A stretch of 64,000 bases of DNA from positions 19,014 to 83,013 of the forward strand of contig CAZQQN010000001.1 of assembly GCA_964595485.1 (NCBI GenBank), written 5' to 3'. Of the stretch, positions 18,402 through 27,494 are shown piece after piece. Both the position numbers and the translations under genes were made by a program. Source of the stretch: an uncultured Sphingobacteriales bacterium (GTDB lineage: Bacteria; Bacteroidota; Bacteroidia; CAILMK01; CAYYUA01). How positions within the stretch are numbered: position 1 is the first letter of the stretch; the number at the start of each line of letters is the position of its first letter. The notes below the pieces were generated by a model. It did not search any database, was not told the origin of the DNA, and worked only from the letters and a program-made list of their open reading frames with translations.

Positions 18402-20294
18402 ATGAGTGACAAGTACTTTGTGATTGATTTTGACAGCACTTTTATCCGATTTGAAGCCCTCGATGAATTAGCAGGCATTGCCCTTCAGAACGATCCTGAG
18501 CATGACCAGCGCCTTAACAAGGTTAAAGAGTATACAAACCTTGCTATGGAAGGGAAACTATCATTCCCGGAATCGCTTGGTAAACGGATTCAAATGCTGG
18601 AAGCTAATAAAGACGATATTCATCAGTTAGTGCGTGTTTTAAAACGAAACATTTCTACTTCTATTAAAAGAAATGAGGATTTCTTTAAAAAATATGCAGA
18701 CCGGATTTACATCATATCAGGAGGTTTCAAGGAATACATTGCACCGATAGTTGGAGAATACAACATCCGGGAAGATCATATTTTTGCCAATTCTTTTGAA
18801 TTTGATAGCAATGGGAAAATAGTCGGTTTTGATCAGGATAACTACCTTGCCCAGGAAAATGGTAAGGTTAAACAACTTCAAAACCTTAATATAGAAGGCG
18901 ATATCTATGTGATAGGGGATGGTTACACGGATTTTCAGATACGTGAATCGGGGTTGGCCCAACGTTTTTTCGCCTTCACCGAGAATATTGAAAGGGTTAA
19001 TTTATTAGAAAAGGCAGATCATGTTACCCCAAGCTTTGATGAGTTCTTATTCAAGAACAAACTTCCAATGGCCATATCCTACCCCAAAAACAGGATCAAG
19101 CTCCTTATAATGAATAATATACCCACAGAGGCCTCAGAGCAGTTTAGCCGGGAAGGTTATGATGTTGAGTTTATTCATCCTGAAATAAATGTGGAAACAT
19201 TCAGAGAAAAGATAAAAGAGGCCTCCATTTTAGCTGTTAACGGTTATACCCAAATACCGGATGATGCCATTGAGGAAGCCAATCGTTTACTGGCAATTGG
19301 CATATACGGCATCGATAAAGGGTTCATTAACCAGGATCTGTGTAGAAAAAATGGAATTGTGATTTTTCATGCTCCTCATACCAATACAAGAAGTGTAGCT
19401 GAACTGGCCATTGGCGAAATGATCATGTTGTTAAGGCAAGTTCCTGATCAAACAAGTGATCTTCACAAAGGCCTGCACCACAAAATTCGCAAGGATCCTT
19501 ATGAATTGTTTGGGAAGAATTTAGGAATTATCGGTTATGGGGATGTAGGCAAGCAGTTGGGCACGCTTGCTGAGTCACTGGGTATGCAAGTTTATTTTTA
19601 TGATAAAGCACAGGTAGAAGGATTAGGCAATGCTAAAGCCACACTTGATCTGCAAGAGTTATTAGAAATTTCGGATATTATTTCCCTTCATATTACGGAT
19701 GAAGAAGCTAACCGAAATTTTATTAATGAAGAAGCTTTTGAATGGATGAAAGAGGGCGCTATTTTCCTGAATTTAAGTTGTGAGAAAGCTGTTGACCATG
19801 GCGCACTGGCGATACACTTAAAAAGTGGTAAACTTGGCGGTGCAGGCATTGACCGTTTTCCGAACAAAGAAGGCTTCCAGGAAAATGGTGAATTCCGCTC
19901 TAACTTACAGAAGTTACCCAATGTAGTCCTAACCCCTTACATGAGTGGTAATACTGCAGAATCCAGCCATAATGCTGCTACATTCGTCACACGAAACATA
20001 ATAGATTTTATCAATACGGGGTCTATTCATACAGGTGTTAATTTCCCGGATATTCAATTGCCTTCCTTTGATGAAGCACATCGTTTGCTTCATATTCATG
20101 AGGATCACCCAGGAATGATGGCTACTATTGCCAATGTCTTTTCTGCTCATGGTATAAACATCCTGGCCCAGCAACTAAAAACTTTCAATGGAGTAGGCTA
20201 CTTAATCACCGATATCTCGAAGGACTACGATGACAATGTAGTGGATGCTATCAAAGAAATCCCTTACGCTATCCGTTTAAGAATCCTTTACTAA
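18402..20294 (+). CDS. fused phosphoserine phosphatase (HAD, SerB-like) / D-3-phosphoglycerate dehydrogenase (SerA-like) with C-terminal ACT domain
   Basis: 630 aa. N-terminal HAD motifs (VIDFDST, ...SGG..., K, GDGYTD). Central 2-hydroxyacid dehydrogenase NAD-binding domain (GIIGYGDVGKQLG). C-terminal ACT-like ~70 aa. Confidence 0.75.
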   Translation: MSDKYFVIDFDSTFIRFEALDELAGIALQNDPEHDQRLNKVKEYTNLAMEGKLSFPESLGKRIQMLEANKDDIHQLVRVLKRNISTSIKRNEDFFKKYADRIYIISGGFKEYIAPIVGEYNIREDHIFANSFEFDSNGKIVGFDQDNYLAQENGKVKQLQNLNIEGDIYVIGDGYTDFQIRESGLAQRFFAFTENIERVNLLEKADHVTPSFDEFLFKNKLPMAISYPKNRIKLLIMNNIPTEASEQFSREGYDVEFIHPEINVETFREKIKEASILAVNGYTQIPDDAIEEANRLLAIGIYGIDKGFINQDLCRKNGIVIFHAPHTNTRSVAELAIGEMIMLLRQVPDQTSDLHKGLHHKIRKDPYELFGKNLGIIGYGDVGKQLGTLAESLGMQVYFYDKAQVEGLGNAKATLDLQELLEISDIISLHITDEEANRNFINEEAFEWMKEGAIFLNLSCEKAVDHGALAIHLKSGKLGGAGIDRFPNKEGFQENGEFRSNLQKLPNVVLTPYMSGNTAESSHNAATFVTRNIIDFINTGSIHTGVNFPDIQLPSFDEAHRLLHIHEDHPGMMATIANVFSAHGINILAQQLKTFNGVGYLITDISKDYDDNVVDAIKEIPYAIRLRILY

Positions 20295-20956
20295 AACTGG
20301 AGTTTAGTTGATAAATCTTCCCAGAAAGCTTTACCCATCACTCCTATAGGTCCCCTGTGGCGGTAAAATATGTTTTTTATCCCTGATTTGATCCGGATGC
20401 TGTAGTCTGTACCGGTAATAGCACCAGGTTTAGCAATACCCAGAAAGGTAAGCAGAGGATTGTTAATCAGGGGATCATCCACCATTTGGTAATCAACAGT
20501 AAAACTGCGGTTAAAGGTGGTGATTTGAAGATTAGCTGCCTGGAAACAATTGATATGGACTACCTTACCTATGGTAAAACCGGCCTCATCAAGGGCAGCT
20601 ATTACCCCTTCCGTAAAAGCGCATCCCATGCTATGGCCAATAAAATGGATTGTTTCATTAGGAAGGTTACGTTTTTCAATTTGTTGAAAAGCCCAATAAC
20701 GGCCCTTTTCCTGTCTTTCGTTCACAGAACTTAAAAACCGGTAATCAGCTTCAACATACCATGGTTTAAAGTCAGTAAAAAAATTTTTCGCCCCGTTAAT
20801 GAAATCCTCATTTTTGGACCACCTTGGCATCCAAAAGGCTTTCCCTGAGCATGGAGATCCCATCCCTATTTTTCCATTTGAGAAAAGCAGCATAAGAATA
20901 TTAACAAAATAAAAGCATTTTAAATGCAAGATCACTTGTAAACCTATTGGCAACAA
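20291..20956 (-). CDS. alpha/beta-hydrolase, lipase-like (GHSMG nucleophile elbow); start uncertain
   Basis: 221 aa. HFIGHSMGCAF serine-hydrolase motif. Hydrophobic N-terminus. 3' end overlaps the serA-like stop by 4 nt (convergent). Confidence 0.5.
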   Translation of the reverse strand: MLPIGLQVILHLKCFYFVNILMLLFSNGKIGMGSPCSGKAFWMPRWSKNEDFINGAKNFFTDFKPWYVEADYRFLSSVNERQEKGRYWAFQQIEKRNLPNETIHFIGHSMGCAFTEGVIAALDEAGFTIGKVVHINCFQAANLQITTFNRSFTVDYQMVDDPLINNPLLTFLGIAKPGAITGTDYSIRIKSGIKNIFYRHRGPIGVMGKAFWEDLSTKLQF

Positions 20957-21080
20957 AAGGAGAATAGTTTTATATTGCTCAAAACCAAATATTTATATGC
21001 TTTAGCTCCCGTCAAATAAAGTTTCAGAGCAATAAGCTCATTCAATAGTAACATGAACTTGCCCGGTTTCTTTTTTCTGC

Positions 21081-21088
21081 TAAATTTG
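21081..21088 (+). promoter_or_regulatory. -7 element TAAATTTG upstream of bioB
   Basis: TAnnTTTG match immediately upstream of the bio operon start (21100). Confidence 0.35.
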
Positions 21089-21099
21089 CAAAAAAATGC

Positions 21100-22107
21100 G
21101 TGAATATGGCTCAACACAGGAATGACTGGACGTTCGAAGAGATCAAGGAAATCTACAATAAACCTTTAATTGATTTGGTTTATGAAGGGACTCAGGTTCA
21201 CCGTGCGAACCATGACCATCATAAATGCCAAATTGCTTCGCTTTTATCCATTAAAACAGGGGGATGCCCTGAAGATTGCGCTTATTGTCCGCAAGCTGCC
21301 CGTTATAGTACAGATGTGGAAGTTCATAAGTTATTGGATGTTGATACAGTGGTTAATGCAGCCGAAAAAGCCAAAGAAGGTGGCGCTTCTCGTTTCTGCA
21401 TGGGTGCTGCATGGCGTGAAGTAAGAAGCAACCGCGATTTTGATAAAGTTCTTGATATGGTTCGGCAAGTCAATGATATGGGCCTTGAGGTGTGCTGTAC
21501 TCTCGGTATGCTCAATGATGACCAGGCTCATAAGCTGAAAGAAGCCGGATGCTATGCTTACAATCATAACGTAGATACTTCAGATGATTACTACAATGAA
21601 ATCATCTCAACCAGGGGTTACGAAGACCGCTTGAGTACCTTAGAGTCTGTTACTGATGCCGGAATTACGGTTTGCTCAGGGGGAATTATTGGCATGGGGG
21701 AATCTGACAAGGATCGTATTGACATGTTAAAAACCTTGGCTAACCTTAAAAAACAACCTGAATCGGTACCGATCAATAAATTGGTAAAGATTCCGGGCAC
21801 ACCTCTGGAAGACCAACCGGACGTTCCAATGGAATCCATGGTCAGGATGGTTGCTACTGCCCGCATTTTAATGCCCAAATCAATGGTTAGGCTCTCAGCA
21901 GGCCGGGCTGACATGAGCCAATCTGAACAGTTTCTTTGTTTTATGGCAGGTGCTAATTCGATCCATTCCGGAAATCAGTTGCTAACAACACCCACTGCCG
22001 GTTTTAATGAAGACCTTGAAATGCTCAAAGCATTTGGAATGGAGCCGCTGGAAGTAGAGAACAATGGCCTGGAACCGGCCAAAAACAAAGCAAAAGCAGC
22101 GGATTAA
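21100..22107 (+). CDS. bioB: biotin synthase (radical SAM)
   Basis: 335 aa. [10 protein letters not shown] radical-SAM cysteine motif. N-terminal [13 protein letters not shown] typical of BioB. Confidence 0.9.
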   Translation: MNMAQHRNDWTFEEIKEIYNKPLIDLVYEGTQVHRANHDHHKCQIASLLSIKTGGCPEDCAYCPQAARYSTDVEVHKLLDVDTVVNAAEKAKEGGASRFCMGAAWREVRSNRDFDKVLDMVRQVNDMGLEVCCTLGMLNDDQAHKLKEAGCYAYNHNVDTSDDYYNEIISTRGYEDRLSTLESVTDAGITVCSGGIIGMGESDKDRIDMLKTLANLKKQPESVPINKLVKIPGTPLEDQPDVPMESMVRMVATARILMPKSMVRLSAGRADMSQSEQFLCFMAGANSIHSGNQLLTTPTAGFNEDLEMLKAFGMEPLEVENNGLEPAKNKAKAAD

Positions 22108-22178
22108 CAATTCAAACATTCAGTTGTAACTGAATTGTTACCACCAAAGCGGAACCGGGAAGATTGAATTAGCTTGAT

Positions 22179-23306
22179 ATGAGTCTGTCGGGAAGGTTAC
22201 ACTACGCACTTGAGCAAAAAAAAGCTGCTAATACTTACCGGGTATTAAAACAACAAAACGGGCTTGTCGATTTTGTTTCGAACGACTACCTGGGGTTGGC
22301 TCAATCAAGAAATTTACATCAGGAAGTATGGAAGCACTTTGATCAGGATGAACTGATGGGAGGTTCTACCGGATCAAGGTTGTTAAGTGGTAATTCACCA
22401 TTACATCAATCGGTTGAAGATCAAATTGCTAATTTCCACAATGCTGAGTCATCGTTGGTCTTTAATTCAGGTTACCAGGCTAATACCGGTTTATTAAGCT
22501 CCTTACTTGGCAAGGACGATACCATTCTTTTTGACAAGTACATTCATGCCTCCCTTCGCCAGGGCATTCAGCTAAGTTATGCTAAAGCTTATGGCTTCTC
22601 TCACAATGACCTCGAAGACCTGAAGCAAAAAAGCCAATTTGCAACCGGTGAGGTATTGGTAGTAGTAGAGTCAATTTATTCTATGGATGGTGATGAGGCA
22701 CCGCTTGAAAAAATCGCCTCATTCTGCCGTCAAAAAAGTTTTGCTTTCGTTGTTGATGAGGCCCACGCTACGGGTATCAGGGGGCCAAAAGGAACAGGCG
22801 TTGTCCAGGAAAAAGGGCTTGAAGGAAATGTTTTTGCGCGAATTCATACATTTGGGAAAGCACTTGGTGGGCAGGGTGCCGCGGTATTGGGTGATCAAAC
22901 CCTTAAATCCTACTTGGTTAACTTTGCCAAACCTTTCATATACACTACTGCATTGCCTCCTATTGCAATGGCATTCCTTTATAAGGTATATGAGTTTTTT
23001 CCTGAGATGGAAAGTGAACGTGAAAGGGTTCTTAACTTAGGCGAGCAATTTGAAAGCCTGCTAATGGAAGGTGAATGGCAAGTGATAAAAGGAAGAGGTC
23101 CCATTCGGTCAGTTATCGTAAAAGGGGAAACCAATGTGAAAGCATTGGCGGAAGGCCTCCAAAAGGCTGGATTTGATTTGAGACCAATTGTATCACCAAC
23201 CGTGCCGAAAGGGCTGGAAAGGCTCAGGATTTGTTTTCATAGTTATAATACTCAACAACAGGTTGACGATTTGGTCCGAGTAATGAAGGATTTTGGGAAA
23301 GGGTAA
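22179..23306 (+). CDS. bioF: 8-amino-7-oxononanoate synthase
   Basis: 375 aa PLP-dependent acyltransferase (class II aminotransferase fold) in the bio operon. Motifs DEAHATG and TFGKALG. Confidence 0.8.
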   Translation: MSLSGRLHYALEQKKAANTYRVLKQQNGLVDFVSNDYLGLAQSRNLHQEVWKHFDQDELMGGSTGSRLLSGNSPLHQSVEDQIANFHNAESSLVFNSGYQANTGLLSSLLGKDDTILFDKYIHASLRQGIQLSYAKAYGFSHNDLEDLKQKSQFATGEVLVVVESIYSMDGDEAPLEKIASFCRQKSFAFVVDEAHATGIRGPKGTGVVQEKGLEGNVFARIHTFGKALGGQGAAVLGDQTLKSYLVNFAKPFIYTTALPPIAMAFLYKVYEFFPEMESERERVLNLGEQFESLLMEGEWQVIKGRGPIRSVIVKGETNVKALAEGLQKAGFDLRPIVSPTVPKGLERLRICFHSYNTQQQVDDLVRVMKDFGKG

Positions 23307-23315
23307 AAATAACTT

Positions 23316-23930
23316 ATGGGGAATATTTTTGTAACCGGTACCGGTACTGGCATAGGTAAAACGGTGGTAGCAGCCATCCTAAGCGAAGGGTTGGGTGCAG
23401 ATTATTGGAAGCCAGTTCAAGCAGGCAACTTGCGTGACACGGATACCATGTTTGTGGATCGTGTAACTAGTTCAGAAGTGCAAGTTCACCGGGAGACTTA
23501 TTCGCTTCAAAAGCCGGCTTCTCCGCATGATGCGGCTAAAAAAGATAATATTGCTATGAAGCTATCTGATTTTGAGGTCCCGGCCGCCTCAAATGAATCA
23601 GGCTTGGTCATAGAAGGAGCTGGTGGGCTAATGGTGCCGCTGAATGATAAAGAGCTGGTCATCGATCTGATTCAATCATTGGCTGATGAAGTCATTTTGG
23701 TTTCCAACAATTACTTAGGTAGCATTAATCACACCCTCTTATCGATTGATGCGTTACAATCGCGGGACATTCCCATTAAAGGTATTGTTTTCAATGGAGA
23801 CCCTTACAAGGAGGGAGAAAGATTGATATTGGCTTATAGCCAAACACCTTTGATAGGCCGCTTATATCCTGAAAATTCAATCAATTCCTCCCTTGTACAG
23901 GCCTATGCCCGGCAATGGAATTTAAAGTAA
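23316..23930 (+). CDS. bioD: dethiobiotin synthetase
   Basis: 204 aa. N-terminal FVTGTGTGIGKT P-loop typical of BioD. Confidence 0.85.
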   Translation: MGNIFVTGTGTGIGKTVVAAILSEGLGADYWKPVQAGNLRDTDTMFVDRVTSSEVQVHRETYSLQKPASPHDAAKKDNIAMKLSDFEVPAASNESGLVIEGAGGLMVPLNDKELVIDLIQSLADEVILVSNNYLGSINHTLLSIDALQSRDIPIKGIVFNGDPYKEGERLILAYSQTPLIGRLYPENSINSSLVQAYARQWNLK

Positions 23931-23936
23931 AAAGCT

Positions 23937-25223
23937 ATGAGTCTTGCAGACAGAGATTTTGAATCGATATGGCATCCGTTTACTCAAATGAAAACTGCTC
24001 CGAAAAGTACGCCCATAGTTAAGGGAGATGGTGCATGGTTATACGATGAGGACGGGAAAGCCTATTTGGATGGTATTGCTTCTTGGTGGGTTAACTTACA
24101 CGGCCATGGCCATCCCTATATTGCTGAAAAGGTATCAGAGCAGTTCAAAACTTTAGACCATGTAATTTTTGCTGGCTTTACCCATCCACCAGCCGTATCA
24201 TTAAGTGAGCAATTGCTAAAGCACCTGCCGGCAACACAGGAAAAAATATTCTTTTCTGATAATGGCTCCACTGCGGTTGAGGTAGGTATTAAAATGGCCC
24301 TTCAATATTGGTACAATCAGGGATATACCAATAAAAAGAAGCTTATTGCTTTCAATAACAGCTATCACGGAGATACATTTGGGGCAATGTCCGTTAGTGA
24401 GCGAGATGCATTTACTCAGCCATTTCACAACCACCTGTTTGAGGTAGAATATATTGATCCGCCTATTCATGGACAAGGGGATCAATCGCGTGAACAATTA
24501 AAGCAGTTGCTAAATCGTGAGGAAGAATTTGCTGGTTTTCTTTTCGAGCCCCTTGTTCAAGGGGTTGGTGGAATGCATATGTTCGAAGCAGAACAACTGG
24601 ATCCTTTAATTGAACTCTGCCGGGAAAATAATCTGATTAGCGTTGCTGATGAAGTTATGGTTGGTTTTGGTCGAACAGGGACCAATTTTGCAGGTGATCA
24701 ACTAACGGCTAAGCCTGATGTCTTTTGCCTTTCCAAAGGTTTAACAGGCGGTACAATGGCCATGGGGATCACCACTGCACCTCAGTTTATCTATGATGCT
24801 TTCTACGATTCAAATAAGATGAAAACGTTTTTTCACGGCCACTCATTTACAGCAAATCCTGTGGCCTGTGCGGCATCTTTAGCCAGTTGGGAGTTGCTTC
24901 AACAAAATGATACCCAGGATAACATTCAGGAAATTGCTCGTAAGCATAACCATTTCAAGGAAAAAGTAAGATCAAACCCGGTTGTCAAAGATGCTCGCAG
25001 TACTGGCACTATTCTGGCAGTAGAAGTGGAAGTTGATGATGGGTCTGGTTATTTTAGTAGTGTGGCTGATTACCTCAAGCCATTTTTCATGGAAAAGGGT
25101 TTACTAATAAGGCCGTTGGGTAATGTGATTTACCTCATGCCTCCATATTGTATAACACCACAGGAACTGGAAAAACTCTACAGGGGCATTGAAGAGGGGC
25201 TAAAAGCCATTCAAGATCGGTAA
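23937..25223 (+). CDS. bioA: adenosylmethionine-8-amino-7-oxononanoate aminotransferase
   Basis: 428 aa class III aminotransferase (DEVMVGFGRTG, LSKGLTGG) in the bio operon. Confidence 0.85.
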   Translation: MSLADRDFESIWHPFTQMKTAPKSTPIVKGDGAWLYDEDGKAYLDGIASWWVNLHGHGHPYIAEKVSEQFKTLDHVIFAGFTHPPAVSLSEQLLKHLPATQEKIFFSDNGSTAVEVGIKMALQYWYNQGYTNKKKLIAFNNSYHGDTFGAMSVSERDAFTQPFHNHLFEVEYIDPPIHGQGDQSREQLKQLLNREEEFAGFLFEPLVQGVGGMHMFEAEQLDPLIELCRENNLISVADEVMVGFGRTGTNFAGDQLTAKPDVFCLSKGLTGGTMAMGITTAPQFIYDAFYDSNKMKTFFHGHSFTANPVACAASLASWELLQQNDTQDNIQEIARKHNHFKEKVRSNPVVKDARSTGTILAVEVEVDDGSGYFSSVADYLKPFFMEKGLLIRPLGNVIYLMPPYCITPQELEKLYRGIEEGLKAIQDR

Positions 25224-25272
25224 TTAATTTGTGTTTAGTGTTTGTTTTTATTGATTATAGAAGGTAAAAAGT

Positions 25273-26469
25273 ATGGCAAAGTTGCATTATAAGTCTCATA
25301 TAGGGATTCTTAGTCGGGGAAGTATAAGTCCTTGGGGAGATAATGTGCACAGGTTCCCTTATAAGGCTTCACATACTTTTATAGGTGTTGATCAATTCGG
25401 GGAAGAAATATTGCCTGTAGGAGTTCTGCCTAATGATGCGGAAGAAGCAATAAAAAAACTTAGTCAATCTCATAAAGCTTATAAGCAGCTGGACAGGAGT
25501 GTGTTGTTAGCAATTCAGGCTGCCCGCCATGCCCTTAGTAGTATTAATATCCCGGATGATTCGAAGGTTGGGATTAATATTGGGTCATCCAGGGGGGCCA
25601 CCGGTACGTTTGAAAAGTACTACAAAGATTTCCTTGTTTCTGAGAAAGGAGAAACGTCACCCTATACATCACCAACCACTACGTTAGGTAATATTGCCAG
25701 TTGGGTAATGGCTGACCTAGGCCTGAATGGGTCGGTACTCAGCCATTCGATTACCTGTAGTACGGCTATTCAAGCTATTGCCAATGCAGAGGCATGGTTG
25801 CTATCAGGCAAGGCAGATGATTTTATAGCAGGCGGAAGTGAAGCGCCCCTAACGGCTTTCACACTTGCCCAAATGCAAGCTTTGAAAATTTATACACAAA
25901 ATGCTGATGAGCAATATCCAAGTCGTCCATTGGCCAAAAAGCCGACCAATGGTATGGTGTTAGGAGAGGGTGCTGGCATTTTTTACCTCAAGGCTTTGGA
26001 TTGGCAAGCCTTTGTAGAAGATGATTCCCTTATACTCCTCGAATCCACTGGCTTTGGCAATGAGCCATTGGAGGGTTTCACTGGTATTTCAAGGGAGGGC
26101 ACCTGTTTTAAACGAGCTATGGAAATGGCATTAAATCAACAAGATACCGGTTTTGACGTGGATATCATCCTTATGCATGCCCCCGGCACGGTAAAAGGGG
26201 ACCAAGCTGAGATCAATGCTGTCAATGAAGTATTTTCTGGAAGCATTCCTATGCTATACAGTAATAAATGGCAAATTGGCCATAGTTTTGGTGCTTCCGC
26301 AGCTTTATCCCTGGTACAGGCTATTAACATCCTCAATCAACAGGAAATACCGGAAATGCCTTATGCTTCGAAGTCAGAATCCTGCCAGCCTCCCATTAGG
26401 AAAATCATGGTTAATGCTGCTGGTTTTGGTGGAAATGCCGGCTCTCTTATTGTCTCTAAACCATTTTAA
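25273..26469 (+). CDS. beta-ketoacyl-ACP synthase I/II-like condensing enzyme inside the biotin operon (candidate pimeloyl-thioester synthesis enzyme)
   Basis: 398 aa thiolase-fold ketosynthase. Catalytic Cys in ITCSTAIQAIA, His in MHAPGT, His in IGHSFGASA (Cys-His-His triad). Co-directional, 49 nt after bioA. Confidence 0.65.
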   Translation: MAKLHYKSHIGILSRGSISPWGDNVHRFPYKASHTFIGVDQFGEEILPVGVLPNDAEEAIKKLSQSHKAYKQLDRSVLLAIQAARHALSSINIPDDSKVGINIGSSRGATGTFEKYYKDFLVSEKGETSPYTSPTTTLGNIASWVMADLGLNGSVLSHSITCSTAIQAIANAEAWLLSGKADDFIAGGSEAPLTAFTLAQMQALKIYTQNADEQYPSRPLAKKPTNGMVLGEGAGIFYLKALDWQAFVEDDSLILLESTGFGNEPLEGFTGISREGTCFKRAMEMALNQQDTGFDVDIILMHAPGTVKGDQAEINAVNEVFSGSIPMLYSNKWQIGHSFGASAALSLVQAINILNQQEIPEMPYASKSESCQPPIRKIMVNAAGFGGNAGSLIVSKPF

Positions 26470-26477
26470 TAAGCTTT

Positions 26478-27455
26478 ATGCGTATCTTTCTTTTTATCAT
26501 ACTTCTTAATCTTTTGCCAACTTTAAACGTTGCACAGAACTCTGAAAATATCCGATTTATAAGCGATACGCTTGTTATTAAAGGAACAATTACCTATCCC
26601 GAAGGCGAGGGTCCTTTCCCGGCTGCGCTATTTGTTCATGGTTCAGGTCCTAACGACAGGAACCAGCGTATTGTACTAAATAACTCCAGGTCTGAGTGCC
26701 TCTATCCGGAATTGCATGGGGATACCATACAGAATTTTAAGGAAATTGCTGCATTATTGGCTGACAAAGGGGTTGCATCTCTTAGGTATGATAAACAGAC
26801 AATGCTCTATAAGGATCAATTAGACCTTGCTAGTATCGATCCAATGGACTTTATAAGAGATGCTCATGCAGCGCTTGATTTTCTAAAATCCCAATCCGCC
26901 ATTAACGATGACAGCCTATTATTGATCGGACACAGTCAAGGAGGAAATTTTCTCCCGATAATAAGCAAGTCACGATCAGATATACAGGGGCTCATTGCAT
27001 TGGCTACCCCATCCGGTTCTATCGATACGGTTTTGGCTAACCAGATCAAATATGTGTTTCAACAGTGCAAAGATTCAACGACTGCTATCCTGAAATATGA
27101 GGAAATTATTCAGGCTTTTGAAAGATTGCGGAATGGGGATTGGCCAAAGGATAGGCCGCTTATGAATGCTTTTCCCAATTTTTGGCAGGATTGGCTTGCC
27201 ATTACTGATACCACTGTCTCTGCTTTTAAAAGCACCAGGGAACCATTACTTTTTTTATCAGGGACCAAGGATTATAACGTTCCACCGCCTCACCTGAAAA
27301 ATTTCCGAAAAGCAATTAGTCAAGAAAATGCTACATTTACCCTTTTAGAAGGTGTTACTCATTTTTTGACTTCTATCCAGGATCCTCAGTTATCCCAAAA
27401 GGTTTCTTCTACCTTGACGAATTGGCTTAAGGAGCAGGAATTCATTGATGAATGA
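26478..27455 (+). CDS. alpha/beta hydrolase (GHSQGG nucleophile elbow) with N-terminal signal peptide or anchor; last gene of the bio cluster
   Basis: 325 aa. HGSGPNDRN and IGHSQGG motifs. N-terminus MRIFLFIILLNLLPTLNVA|Q. An 8-nt gap after the KAS gene. Confidence 0.55.
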   Translation: MRIFLFIILLNLLPTLNVAQNSENIRFISDTLVIKGTITYPEGEGPFPAALFVHGSGPNDRNQRIVLNNSRSECLYPELHGDTIQNFKEIAALLADKGVASLRYDKQTMLYKDQLDLASIDPMDFIRDAHAALDFLKSQSAINDDSLLLIGHSQGGNFLPIISKSRSDIQGLIALATPSGSIDTVLANQIKYVFQQCKDSTTAILKYEEIIQAFERLRNGDWPKDRPLMNAFPNFWQDWLAITDTTVSAFKSTREPLLFLSGTKDYNVPPPHLKNFRKAISQENATFTLLEGVTHFLTSIQDPQLSQKVSSTLTNWLKEQEFIDE

Positions 27456-27494
27456 TAAAAGGGAAAAACACTTAATAAAACAACTTAGGTTGGT

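Noticed and set aside
26478-27455. Calling the alpha/beta hydrolase a BioH/BioG-type pimeloyl-ACP methyl ester esterase
   Set aside because: The predicted signal peptide (cleavage NVA|Q) argues against a cytoplasmic role, and no BioC is present to create a methyl ester. Kept as a generic hydrolase with the hypothesis flagged.
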